Shown here one piece after another: positions 15,512 through 25,365 of a DNA stretch of 64,000 nucleotides. How positions within the stretch are numbered: position 1 is the stretch's first letter; each line of letters begins with the position of its first letter. Made by a program: the position numbers and the translations under genes. Origin of the DNA: Candidatus Egerieisoma sp. Lineage in GTDB: Bacteria; Bacteroidota; Bacteroidia; Bacteroidales; UBA932. The stretch lies in assembly GCA_045659725.1 (NCBI GenBank), contig JAZRCK010000011.1:4296-68295 (forward strand), read 5' to 3'. The notes beneath the pieces were generated by a model. That model searched no databases and was not told the DNA's origin. It was given only the letters and a program-made list of their open reading frames with translations.

Positions 15512-17122
15512 TTAAAAACCATTGAGTTGCATGTAAATTGTCGGGAGAAGAAGGAGGAATCCCACCACAATCAGCAAGAGGATGAAAGGCAAAATCCACT
15601 TCACCCATTTTCCGTACGGTATTCTGGCCATCCCCAACACTGCTATCAGTACTCCCGACGTAGGGGTAATCATATTGGTGAATCCGTCGCCGAACTGGAA
15701 CGCCATTACGGTAGCCTGACGGCTCACACCTATTATATCTGAGAACGGCGCCATGATAGGCATTGTTATGGCTGCCTTGGCACTTGCCGAAGGTATTACC
15801 AGATTGATTACTGTCTGGATCATATACATAAGGCCAAGAGCCCCCGCCTCTCCAGATCCGTCCAATGTACCGGCAAGGGAATGGAGAATGGTATCAATGA
15901 TGCGCCCCTCCTGCAATATATATATGATACCGGCTGCCAGACCAACTATGAGTGCCGCACTGAGAATATCCTTGGCACCGTCCATCATCTCCTTTACAAT
16001 GGAATTTGCGCTCAGACCCATTGCAATTCCGCTGAGCAGTCCCAATGCAAGAAACAGTGCGGAAATCTCTCCTATATACCATCCGAAACCGAGTACTCCT
16101 ACCACAAGATAGAGGATAGTAAACCCAAGCAGCGAAAGGATATAGAAATGGACAGATTTTCGCAATGCAGCCACAGAAGAGAGCACAAATGCCACGGCCA
16201 GCACAGGCAACAGCCAGACAGTATGATATTTCTGAGCCCCTATGGAAAGCCATGTATCACCGCTATAAGAGACGGTAAACATCAGTACAACAGCAGCAGC
16301 AATGGCAAAAGAGACCCAGGAAGCCCTGTTGGTATAATACTCAACACCTCCCTGCTGCGCACCTATCTGCTCCCTCCAATGGGCATCCGTTTCATACATC
16401 ATTGACCTTTGGGGATTTCTCTTTACCCTTATTGCATAGAACAGTACAAATGCAATTGTAATGACATTCAGCACCACCCAGCAGAAAAACCTGTACTCTA
16501 TTCCCGAGAACATGGGTATTCCGGCCAGATCCTGCGCAATGCCTATGGTAAACGGATTGAGTATGGCACCGGCAAAACCCACATGGGCTGCAACATATAC
16601 CATACAAACACCTACAATTGAGTCATAGCCCATGGATATTGCCAATGGCACAAGAATTACCACAAAGGCTATTGTCTCCTCACTCATTCCAAATATGGCA
16701 CCAAAAAGGCTGAACATAAGCATTACGAGCACAATGACAATATTGCTCACACCTATCCTGGCCAGAGCCCTGTTCTTCTCAAGCCTGGTAACCACACCCA
16801 GGAACGAAAAGATACCGGCATCAATGGCCCTGCTTCTGTTCACAACCCAGAAAGATGCTCCAATGACAAGGATAAAACAGATGATTCCGGCCTGTTTTGT
16901 AAAGCCGCTGTAAAAAGACTGCATCACTGTCCACCACTGCCCCACAGCCGGCACCTCCTTAAAGTCCACACTCTGCTCCATCTTGCCGGCAATCTCAACG
17001 CTCTCCTTTACATACTCTCCTCCTGGCACCATCCAGGTAGCAAGGGCACAGACCAGAATGATCCAGAATATTATAACATAAGTATTGGGAAACTCCCTTT
17101 TCTTTTTGCCCATAAAACCCAT
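15512..17122 (-). CDS. YfcC-family (DcuC/AbgT-like) membrane transporter
   Basis: N-terminus KKKREFPNTYVIIFWIILVCALATWMVPGGEY is typical of YfcC proteins. More than 10 TM helices. Confidence 0.85.
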   Translation of the reverse strand: MGFMGKKKREFPNTYVIIFWIILVCALATWMVPGGEYVKESVEIAGKMEQSVDFKEVPAVGQWWTVMQSFYSGFTKQAGIICFILVIGASFWVVNRSRAIDAGIFSFLGVVTRLEKNRALARIGVSNIVIVLVMLMFSLFGAIFGMSEETIAFVVILVPLAISMGYDSIVGVCMVYVAAHVGFAGAILNPFTIGIAQDLAGIPMFSGIEYRFFCWVVLNVITIAFVLFYAIRVKRNPQRSMMYETDAHWREQIGAQQGGVEYYTNRASWVSFAIAAAVVLMFTVSYSGDTWLSIGAQKYHTVWLLPVLAVAFVLSSVAALRKSVHFYILSLLGFTILYLVVGVLGFGWYIGEISALFLALGLLSGIAMGLSANSIVKEMMDGAKDILSAALIVGLAAGIIYILQEGRIIDTILHSLAGTLDGSGEAGALGLMYMIQTVINLVIPSASAKAAITMPIMAPFSDIIGVSRQATVMAFQFGDGFTNMITPTSGVLIAVLGMARIPYGKWVKWILPFILLLIVVGFLLLLPTIYMQLNGF

Positions 17123-17147
17123 AAAACAAGTATTTGATTATATAAAT

Positions 17148-17173
17148 GAGGTTGGTCCACCCGGGCCAACCTC
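17148..17173 (-). terminator. possible terminator hairpin after the AAE transporter gene
   Basis: GAGGTTGG...CCAACCTC, an 8-bp stem extendable by GC pairs. Only a weak U-run follows on the minus strand. Confidence 0.35.
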
Positions 17174-17196
17174 AATCTGAATTCCAAAAAAGCCGG

Positions 17197-18867
17197 CTAC
17201 AGAGCCATCAGTATAAGGATCTGAGGAGTAAGCACCCTCAAGAACATAACCAACGGATAAACTGTAGCATACGACACTGCCTGCTGGTTGATAGGTGACA
17301 CCGAGTTTGAGTAAGCAAGACCCGAAGGGTTTGTACCGCTACCCGAGATAAGTCCCATCAGCTGGAAATAGTTGAACTTGAACACAAACCTTCCAATTGC
17401 CGCACCTGCAAGCATTGGCACCAAAGTAATGATAACACCATAACCTATCCATGCAAATCCACCTTTATTCACAACTGTATCTATAAATCCTTCTCCCGAC
17501 GAGATACCCACAGCTGCAAGGAACAGTGAAATACCCACCTCCCTAAGCATCATGTTTGCGCTTAGGGTAGTATATGTTACAATATTGAACTTGTATCCGA
17601 AACGGCTTATAAGGATTGCAATGATAAGCGGACCACCTGCAAGACCCATCTTCACAGGCTGAGGCATACCAGGCAACATGAACGGTATTGAGCCGAAGAT
17701 CACACCCACTGCAATACCAAGGAAGATCGCAAGAAGGTTTGGCTCCCTAAGCTGTTTGGCAGAGTTGCCCACCATATTTGCAAAACTCTCAAGTTTATTC
17801 TCATCACCCACAGCAAGCACACGGTCACCAATCTGAAGCTCAAGATCTGGAGCTGCAACCAAATCCACACCTGCACGGGTAACTCTGGTAACGTTCACAC
17901 CAAATACCGACCTCACCTTAAGCTCTCCAAGGGTCTTTCCGTTAACCTTATGTTTTGTTACCACAACCTTTCTGGTAGCCATCTGGCCGTCCATCTCATG
18001 CCACTCGTCTGAACTCATGTCAAGCAGCTCGCCAAAGAAAGCAACAATGGAATCCTTGCTGGCATCAACAGATATTACCCTAAGTTTATCACCCTCAAAT
18101 AATTTGGTCTGTGAAGTAGGGATCTCCACCTTGCCGTTCTCCCTGCAAAGTCTTGAAACCACAAAATCCTTGTCAATGAAACTGTGAAGCTCCGCAATGG
18201 TCTTTCCAAAGATTGCAGCATTCTTGATTCCTACGGAATATTTTGTAGCCATCTTTGTAGTATCCTCGCTGGCACCGGTAGCCTTCTCAAGCTCCTTGTC
18301 CATATTCATGCGGAACAGACCTTTAATTACAACAATAGACATTACGATTCCAACAACGCCAAGAGGATAGGCAACCGCATAACCCATTGCAATTGAAGGA
18401 TCTGAAGCACCTGTAGCCTCAAGATATGTCTGCTGTGCAGCACCAAGGCCAGGGGTATTTGTAACCGCACCGCAAAGTACGCCTACCATAGTTACCAGGC
18501 TTGTACCTGTAACAAGATGTATGATATACGCTATAATCACACCCATCAGCACAATCATCACAGCAACTGCGTTCAGGGTAAGTCCACCTTTCTTGAACGA
18601 TGAGAAAAATCCGGGACCAACCTGCAGACCTACAGAGTACACAAACAGGATAAGTCCAAACTCCTTGATGAAATGAAGGATATTATGCTCAACGGTAAGC
18701 CCGAAATGTCCTGCAACAATACCCACAAACAAAATCCATGTAACACCAAGTGAAACACCGCAGATTTTAATTCTGCTAAGCAATACTCCAAGCGCCGTTA
18801 CTCCCGACAGTACAAGAACTGAATGGGCAATTGAGGTGCCTGTAATCAAGTCATTAAACCAGTTCAT
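17197..18867 (-). CDS. YidE/YbjL-type (aspartate:alanine exchanger family) transporter with central TrkA-C domains
   Basis: Track ORF trimmed to ATG 18865-18867. MNWFNDLITGTSIAHSVLVLSGVTALGVLLSRIKICGVSLGVTWILFVG, with two membrane halves flanking a soluble RCK_C-like region. Confidence 0.85.
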   Translation of the reverse strand: MNWFNDLITGTSIAHSVLVLSGVTALGVLLSRIKICGVSLGVTWILFVGIVAGHFGLTVEHNILHFIKEFGLILFVYSVGLQVGPGFFSSFKKGGLTLNAVAVMIVLMGVIIAYIIHLVTGTSLVTMVGVLCGAVTNTPGLGAAQQTYLEATGASDPSIAMGYAVAYPLGVVGIVMSIVVIKGLFRMNMDKELEKATGASEDTTKMATKYSVGIKNAAIFGKTIAELHSFIDKDFVVSRLCRENGKVEIPTSQTKLFEGDKLRVISVDASKDSIVAFFGELLDMSSDEWHEMDGQMATRKVVVTKHKVNGKTLGELKVRSVFGVNVTRVTRAGVDLVAAPDLELQIGDRVLAVGDENKLESFANMVGNSAKQLREPNLLAIFLGIAVGVIFGSIPFMLPGMPQPVKMGLAGGPLIIAILISRFGYKFNIVTYTTLSANMMLREVGISLFLAAVGISSGEGFIDTVVNKGGFAWIGYGVIITLVPMLAGAAIGRFVFKFNYFQLMGLISGSGTNPSGLAYSNSVSPINQQAVSYATVYPLVMFLRVLTPQILILMAL

Positions 18868-18879
18868 AATATATGCATT

Positions 18880-18917
18880 AAAAAACGGGGGCAAAGGTAA
18901 CTATATTTTTTGCCCCC
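18880..18917 (-). terminator. intrinsic terminator of fbp that embeds the -7 box (TACCTTTG, 18892-18899) of the next gene
   Basis: Minus strand: GGGGGCAAA-13 nt-TTTGCCCCC followed by GTTTTTT. The loop and 3' arm contain TACCTTTG about 25 nt upstream of ATG 18867. Confidence 0.6.
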
Positions 18918-18931
18918 CACAACATCAATCA

Positions 18932-20890
18932 CTATCTAATCTGACCCCTTCTGAATGCAACCAGCAACTGCTTGAGGTCATCAATCTGTTCCATCATCCT
19001 CTTTCCGTTGTCTGTATCCCTCACCAGTTTCCTCTTCTCCATAAACTCAACAACCTTGGTCTCAGAGATGATGTCGAGGCCCTGCTCAATAGCCTTCTGG
19101 GTAGATTCAAACGACTCATGCTGAACCAGTCTCAAGCCATATGAGTTGTAAATGAGGGTATAACCTGCAATTCCCGTCTCCTGCTGGTAAGCCTTTGAAT
19201 AGCCGCCGTCAATCATAAGGAGCTTGCCTCCCGCCTTAATAGGACTCTCACCTTTGGAGGTCTTTACAGGAATATGTCCGTTGATGATATGTGAAGGCTC
19301 CCCTTCAACACCAAACTCCTTAAGAATCTTTTCACAGATCTCCTTGTTGTTCTTGAGCACATTGTACCATCCCTTGTGCTCCTTCTGTGCCTCCTTGTCT
19401 GAAAGGAGATAACGCTCAAAGGTTGCCATCCTGTTCTTGTCGAACGGAGGTGATACCGGACCGCACCACAGATACCATATGAAATCCTGGCCGAACTCCC
19501 TGGCAGCAGATTTCTCCGGCTCAAAATATCCCTGGCGCACAATCTGGTCCATCTTGTCAAACAGCGCCTTACCGGCATAATCCTTGCCCTGTATATTGAG
19601 GGATTTGAACGAACCGTCCTCGTTCAAAGGAACCGAACCGTGATAAAGGAGATTTGAGTTCCTTACCAGATACAATGCTCCATGAGAATAGAGCAACTGC
19701 ATATGTTTGGCCATATGCGCACTGTGCACAAAATTATGGGTAAGCTTGTCAACCACCACTTTCTCCTCCGGTGTAAGTGCATACGGATTCTCCGGATCAA
19801 TTGTAGGGAAATGCTTGTCCCTCAAAGGATACTCCTTGCCGTCAATGACAACTGTACCTTTCTCCTTATCAATCATATGGAGCAGATTCCTGTCATCCAT
19901 ACCGTACTCCGGCCTTCTCTTTATAATCTCGTACTCCAGCTTGAACTGTATAATGGTAATGGCCTTGTGCATCTGTGCAACCAATCTGGCCTGTTTTGGA
20001 TTGAGCCCCTCGGCATCAGAACCTTTAGGTCTGAATATAGTACAAGGGTCATCTCCATAAACATCCATGGCAAAGGTTACCAGAGGAAGAAGGTTTATAC
20101 CGTATCCCTCCTCCAGAATCTTGAAGTTTGCATATCTCGAGCACATTCTCACCACATTGGCAACACATGCGCGGTTTCCTGCAGCAGCACCCATCCATAC
20201 AAGATCATGGTTACCCCACTGTATATCCCAATCGTGGTAATTTTCAAGGATATCAAGGATGATATGCGCACCCGGTCCCCTGTCATAAATGTCGCCTATA
20301 ATATGCAGCGAATCTATGGTAAGACGCTGTATAAGCTTACATATGGCTATAATGAAGTGGTCTGCCCTCCCTGTAGAGATTATTGTCTCCACAATGGCAG
20401 TTATATAATCGTGTTTATTGGCCTCACCGCTCTTTGACTCATGCAACAGCTCCTGTATGATGTACTCATACTCAGTTGGCATAGCCCTACGCACCTTTGA
20501 TCTTGTGTACTTGGTAGAAACATTCGAACACACCCTTACCAGCCTCATGAGTATAACCTTGTACCACTCATGCAGCGCCTTCTCCTTCTCACGCCCCTTG
20601 ATGATCTTCAGTTTCTCCTCGGGATAATAGATAAGAGTACACAGTTCACTCTTTTCGGCCTCCCTGAGGGAATGGCCGAAGATATCCTCCACTTTCCTCT
20701 TTATTACTCCCGACGCATTCTTGAGCACATGCTGGAAAGCTTCATGCTCTCCATGCAGGTCTGTAACAAAATGCTCGGTACCTTTAGGCAAGTTAAGGAT
20801 TGCTTCCAGATTTATTATCTCCGTACTGGCAGCCTGAATTGTCGGGAAACTCTTTGCCAACAATTGCAAATATTTCAAATCCCTCTTCAT
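18932..20890 (-). CDS. fbp: class 3 fructose-1,6-bisphosphatase
   Basis: MKRDLKYLQLLAKSFPTIQAASTEIINLEAILNLPKGTEHFVTDLHGEHEAF...IGDIYDRGP...WGNHD is the metallophosphoesterase-type FBPase class 3 signature. About 650 aa. Confidence 0.9.
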   Translation of the reverse strand: MKRDLKYLQLLAKSFPTIQAASTEIINLEAILNLPKGTEHFVTDLHGEHEAFQHVLKNASGVIKRKVEDIFGHSLREAEKSELCTLIYYPEEKLKIIKGREKEKALHEWYKVILMRLVRVCSNVSTKYTRSKVRRAMPTEYEYIIQELLHESKSGEANKHDYITAIVETIISTGRADHFIIAICKLIQRLTIDSLHIIGDIYDRGPGAHIILDILENYHDWDIQWGNHDLVWMGAAAGNRACVANVVRMCSRYANFKILEEGYGINLLPLVTFAMDVYGDDPCTIFRPKGSDAEGLNPKQARLVAQMHKAITIIQFKLEYEIIKRRPEYGMDDRNLLHMIDKEKGTVVIDGKEYPLRDKHFPTIDPENPYALTPEEKVVVDKLTHNFVHSAHMAKHMQLLYSHGALYLVRNSNLLYHGSVPLNEDGSFKSLNIQGKDYAGKALFDKMDQIVRQGYFEPEKSAAREFGQDFIWYLWCGPVSPPFDKNRMATFERYLLSDKEAQKEHKGWYNVLKNNKEICEKILKEFGVEGEPSHIINGHIPVKTSKGESPIKAGGKLLMIDGGYSKAYQQETGIAGYTLIYNSYGLRLVQHESFESTQKAIEQGLDIISETKVVEFMEKRKLVRDTDNGKRMMEQIDDLKQLLVAFRRGQIR

Positions 20891-20904
20891 TATGTATGCT
20901 GTTT

Positions 20905-23900
20905 TTAATTTTTCTTCTCAAGTTGTTTCAGAATAACCTCAACGCCCTTCTCAAGCTGAGGGTCCTTGCCGTCGAGCCTGTCCTTGAAGGTGTTCTTCAC
21001 GTAAATATCGGGAGCAACTCCTGTATTCTCAAGGTCCTTGCCGTCCAATGAGTAGCATCCCCATGCAGGAAGACGCAACGAAGAACCGTCGAGCATGGTT
21101 GCACCGGTGGTGAAGATGATCCAGCGGTAGGTTTCAGTTCCCACTATTGTTGCAAGGCCCAGGCTCTTTATTCCGTTTGATGTAACCTCCGCATCGCTGA
21201 GGCTCCTCTCGTTCACCAATGCCACTATTGGCATATCGCCAGGCGTTACGTTAGGATGGGGATTCCCCTTGTTGTCTCTGTAAGCCCAATTGTAGTGTGC
21301 TTTCTGAGCCAGGAAGTCGAGCACCTCCTTATGTACGTTTCCTCCGTTATTGAAACGCAAATCAAGGATGATTCCCTCCTTGCCTACTGTTCTGGTGTGC
21401 ATATCCTTAAGGAAATTGCTCAACTCCCCAACACCCATGTCCCTCATATGGATGTAGGCAATCTTCCCGTTTCCAAGCTGGTCTACCTTAGCCCTGTTGT
21501 CCATCTCCCACTCCTCGTAAAGGAGGTTTTTCACAGCACCTGATGACATTGTATGGAGTTTTACATCGTGCTCCCTCCCTTTTCTTCTGAAAGTGAACTT
21601 CACCTCAGGGTCCTTGGCAGGAACGGCAAGATAGCTCTCCCTGTTGAGATTGTGGTCAATCCTCTGGCCGTTTACCGCTACCAGGATATCACCTTTCTTG
21701 ACGTCTGTATCAATATTGTCTGCAGGTGATCCTTTCACAATCCTCTCCACCATATACGGGTTCTCATTGTTCCAGACAATGCCGGTCTCCATAGACTGCA
21801 ATCTTGTCTGAGGCCCGGGCACCTCTCCGCCATGAGAACTGAAGCCCAGATGCGATGAGTTGAGCTCACCCAACATGTCATTGAAAAGGGTAACAAGATT
21901 TGCCCTGCTCCTCACTTTAGGGAGGAATGAAGCATAATAGTCTCTCTTGGCAGCCCAGTCGGTACCATGGAAGTTCACGTCATAGAAGTTCTGGTCTATC
22001 AGGCCCCAAGCCTCGTAGAACATCTGCTCAAACTCATCTTTAAGATTCTTCACAACGGTCTTCTTGAAGGCAATCTTTGTAGCCCTTCCACCTGCAGGAT
22101 CCACTTTATACAGTGTACCCCGCTGGAAAGCGTAAAGCTCCGTATCTGAGTTGAAGAATGTACCATAGCTGAGTTCCTTGATTGGTTTGGCCTTTGCATA
22201 AGGGTCTGTTATCTCCAACGACTGCACCCCATCCCTTCCTGTAATAAGGAGCCACGCCTTGTTCTTGTTCTTGAACACATATGTGCTGCGGCCGTTATAG
22301 AAACCGGTCATCTGCAAGCGGCTGTAGATATCATTGAAATCAATCTTTGTCTCTACTTTCTTCTCCTTTTTGCTCTCCTTCTTCTCTTTTTCTCCCTCTT
22401 TTTCTGCCTTCTTGTCAAACAGCTCATCATAAACTTCACTCTGGAAAGGCTGTGTCTTGTAGTTCAACAGAGGGAGCTTGTAGACATAGCTAGATCCGCT
22501 GCCGCCCCTTGGGAAGGTTCCACCATGGAAATCTGCTGCAAAGTAGAGATACTTTCCGCAAGAAGAGAAGCTTGGGCTTCCCTCTGTGCTTGCAGAGTTG
22601 GTAAGGTTGTACAGCTCCTTCTCCTTGAACGAGTAAATGTAGATGTCCCTCTCAAAGAGGTTCATGGCCTCAAAAGCAAGGTAGGCATCGTCGGGAGAAA
22701 AAGTGATGGTGTATTTTGTATATGACCAGAACTCTGCCTGGGCAAGCCTGTCAACCTTGTCATTTGAAAGGTTGAGGGCCATCACCCACTTGTTGCCGCA
22801 CATAAAGGCTATCTTGTCTTTCTTGTTTGACATTTTCAGGTTCCTGATGTTGCATGCAGCCTTATATACAAGTTCCTCAGGCTGGGAACCGTCTGCCTTT
22901 ATCTTGTAGATGGCTGTATATCCCTTGTCGGTTCTGGTGTAGTAGATGGTGTTGTTGTCTTTTGCCCATACCATCTCATCAACCCTCTCGTTCGCAGGAG
23001 TATTGAGTTTCTGTATGAATTTCCCTTTTGCATCACTCACATGAAGGAGACCGCGGATTGACATTGAGAACTTCTTGCTGTCGGGAGAAATGGCCATGCT
23101 CTGCGGCGAAACATTCATGAAACTGCGCTCCACATCAACATTGTTGTCGGCAATGGAAATCTTTGGCACTGAAACCTCCCCGGTTGCCAGGTTCAGGCAA
23201 TGGATCTTGTAGTCCAGAATGAAAACCATTGAGTTTCCGTTGAAACTTACAGAAGGGTACTGCACAGACTGCCCAAATTTTGTAAGCTGCACAGGCTCCC
23301 CTGCAGGGTTGTATTTTACAATGTTGGACTCTTTGTTGAACTGGTCTGTAACATAATACAGGTTACCTTTCCTGTCTGCCATTGGCCAGGTATCCTTGCC
23401 GTTATAGGAGGTAAGCTCCCTGTACTCCCCAGTTGCAGGATTCCAGCTCTTGATGTTGGGATTGTGGTCTCCCACATATCTCTTTCTGGTTGGGAAACTG
23501 ATGCTCTCAGTAGACTCGTTGAAGTAAAGCTCACCGGTTACAGGATTCTCTGCAACATTCACAATTGTATTGAAATAGTGCTGGAACAGCCTTATTGGGG
23601 TACCTCCGGCAACTGCCACCTTGTATGTGGTTCTGGAGTTTGCCCTGCCGCTCTCAAAATAGATGTATTTTGAGTCTGCACTCCACCCGCTTGGGGTATC
23701 ATTTGCCTCGTGCCAAGTAAGGCGCACAACCTCGCCACCCGCAACAGGGACAATGTACACATCCTTGTTTCCCTGCATATCAGAGGAGAAAGCCAGATAC
23801 TTTCCGCAAGGGGATACAATAGGGTCATTTTCATTTCCGCCAAGGGAAACCACCCTCATTGCAAGCCCGCCTTTGGCTGGAACAGTAAAGATATCCCCGT

Positions 23901-24021
23901 CATATGAGAAATAGATATTCTCTCCATCTGGAGACAACGAAGGGTTATAGGGGAAATACAAAGTTTCTGCCATCGCACATAACGGCAGAAGGCAGAACAG
24001 GAACAAAAGCACTCTTTTCAT
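20905..24021 (-). CDS. tricorn-type S41 protease homologue (beta-propellers + PDZ + S41 domain)
   Basis: Signal peptide; PD40-like repeats (SPDGENIYFSYDGDIF, SPCGKYLAFSSDMQGNKDVY); PDZ-like GSPADNIDTDVKKGDILVAVNGQRI; S41 core LDLRFNNGGN...ALVNERSLSDAEV. Confidence 0.85.
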   Translation of the reverse strand: MKRVLLFLFCLLPLCAMAETLYFPYNPSLSPDGENIYFSYDGDIFTVPAKGGLAMRVVSLGGNENDPIVSPCGKYLAFSSDMQGNKDVYIVPVAGGEVVRLTWHEANDTPSGWSADSKYIYFESGRANSRTTYKVAVAGGTPIRLFQHYFNTIVNVAENPVTGELYFNESTESISFPTRKRYVGDHNPNIKSWNPATGEYRELTSYNGKDTWPMADRKGNLYYVTDQFNKESNIVKYNPAGEPVQLTKFGQSVQYPSVSFNGNSMVFILDYKIHCLNLATGEVSVPKISIADNNVDVERSFMNVSPQSMAISPDSKKFSMSIRGLLHVSDAKGKFIQKLNTPANERVDEMVWAKDNNTIYYTRTDKGYTAIYKIKADGSQPEELVYKAACNIRNLKMSNKKDKIAFMCGNKWVMALNLSNDKVDRLAQAEFWSYTKYTITFSPDDAYLAFEAMNLFERDIYIYSFKEKELYNLTNSASTEGSPSFSSCGKYLYFAADFHGGTFPRGGSGSSYVYKLPLLNYKTQPFQSEVYDELFDKKAEKEGEKEKKESKKEKKVETKIDFNDIYSRLQMTGFYNGRSTYVFKNKNKAWLLITGRDGVQSLEITDPYAKAKPIKELSYGTFFNSDTELYAFQRGTLYKVDPAGGRATKIAFKKTVVKNLKDEFEQMFYEAWGLIDQNFYDVNFHGTDWAAKRDYYASFLPKVRSRANLVTLFNDMLGELNSSHLGFSSHGGEVPGPQTRLQSMETGIVWNNENPYMVERIVKGSPADNIDTDVKKGDILVAVNGQRIDHNLNRESYLAVPAKDPEVKFTFRRKGREHDVKLHTMSSGAVKNLLYEEWEMDNRAKVDQLGNGKIAYIHMRDMGVGELSNFLKDMHTRTVGKEGIILDLRFNNGGNVHKEVLDFLAQKAHYNWAYRDNKGNPHPNVTPGDMPIVALVNERSLSDAEVTSNGIKSLGLATIVGTETYRWIIFTTGATMLDGSSLRLPAWGCYSLDGKDLENTGVAPDIYVKNTFKDRLDGKDPQLEKGVEVILKQLEKKN

Positions 24022-24057
24022 ATTTATTTTTTACGTTTTTCGGATTAGAGTATAAAG

Positions 24058-25362
24058 TTACGAAAAATTTCCGTGGTTCAAAACTTCCCTCCTGGCCACT
24101 ACGCTCAAGTACACAGTCCTTGCCACCAGATGAACCATATAGCCCACCCACAATGATTGTACTCCAATCCCGCCCCTAAGGAGGTAATAACTTGCAAAGA
24201 ACCCAGCCACAGCCCACAGCATGGAGTTCCTGATGGCCTTTGTGGCGGTTGCCCCAATGAAAATGCCGTCCCATGTGAATGCCACGGAACTCACCAACGG
24301 CATTATGAGGAGCCATGGGAGGAACCTTGCAGACTCCGCCAGCACCAGCGGATCTGTAGCCATCAGCCCAAACAGCCACTCTCCACCTGCCCAATATCCT
24401 ATGGTTGAGGCAATTCCAATACCCATACACCACACAAAAATCACCTTTATTGACCTCACAAGAGAGGTACGGTCCCTTGCCCCAATGTATCTTCCCGACA
24501 GCGCCTCGCCGGCATACGCAAACCCGTCTATGAAATAAGAATAGAGAAGCATCAGCTTCATCATTATTGAACTCACAGCCAAATCCACATCACCGTACCT
24601 GGCTGCAATTGAGGTAAGTCCCGCATAGATGAAAAGAAAGCACAGGGACCTCACAAAAAGATCTGCATTGAGCATGAAAAACCTCTTCACATTCCCCGGG
24701 CTCACACTCTGTTTCAAATCTATAAGATGGAAATGTTTCCTGTACTGCACCACCATAAGCACTATAGCCAATGCCAGACCCGTATACTGGGCCACAAGAG
24801 TTCCCCACGCAATGCCGCTGAATCCCAAACCGGCATAAAATGCAAAGAAAATGCTTGCTGCGATATTGGCAAGATTTACCGTAACATCCACTGCCATAGG
24901 GCTTACAGCATTCTGCATACCAATAAAGAACCCTTTGAAGACATTCAGCGAAAGGGTGGCCGGAGCGGCCCATATCCTTATGTAGAAATAGCCACGGGCA
25001 AGTTCCTCCACCTGCGGTGAACACTCAATGAACCGGAAAGCAACATCTACATAAACCCACTGGAGGGCTATGAAAAGAAAAGCAAATCCCAGGGCTGTTG
25101 CCATACCCAGGGCATACGTATTGATGGCATCCTTGAAATCTCCCCTGCCGTATGCCTGAGCCACCATTCCACCGGTTCCCATCCTGAGGAAACCCATATT
25201 CCAATAAAGCAGATCAAAAAGCATGGAGGCAATGGCTATACCCCCCAACACGGCAGCATCCCCCAACCTTCCGGCTATGGCTGTATCTGCCATACCCACA
25301 AGGGGAACGGTAATGTTTGCAAAAATACTTGGAACGGCAAGTTTGAGGACTGTCCTGTTCAT
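24058..25362 (-). CDS. MATE-family efflux transporter
   Basis: MNRTVLKLAVPSIFANITVPLVGMADTAIAGRLG is a typical MATE N-terminus, with 12 TM helices. The track start 25365 is a GTG, and an ATG follows at 25360-25362. Confidence 0.85.
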   Translation of the reverse strand: MNRTVLKLAVPSIFANITVPLVGMADTAIAGRLGDAAVLGGIAIASMLFDLLYWNMGFLRMGTGGMVAQAYGRGDFKDAINTYALGMATALGFAFLFIALQWVYVDVAFRFIECSPQVEELARGYFYIRIWAAPATLSLNVFKGFFIGMQNAVSPMAVDVTVNLANIAASIFFAFYAGLGFSGIAWGTLVAQYTGLALAIVLMVVQYRKHFHLIDLKQSVSPGNVKRFFMLNADLFVRSLCFLFIYAGLTSIAARYGDVDLAVSSIMMKLMLLYSYFIDGFAYAGEALSGRYIGARDRTSLVRSIKVIFVWCMGIGIASTIGYWAGGEWLFGLMATDPLVLAESARFLPWLLIMPLVSSVAFTWDGIFIGATATKAIRNSMLWAVAGFFASYYLLRGGIGVQSLWVGYMVHLVARTVYLSVVARREVLNHGNFS

Positions 25363-25365
25363 CAC

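Noticed and set aside
19682-20437. Long antisense ORFs inside fbp (251 aa). Others are 31288-32007 opposite rdgB (239 aa), 11268-11783 opposite marR (171 aa) and 35745-36308 inside the DUF2723 gene.
   Set aside because: In each case the opposite strand encodes a protein with unmistakable family motifs. The shadow frames lack start context, promoters and motifs.
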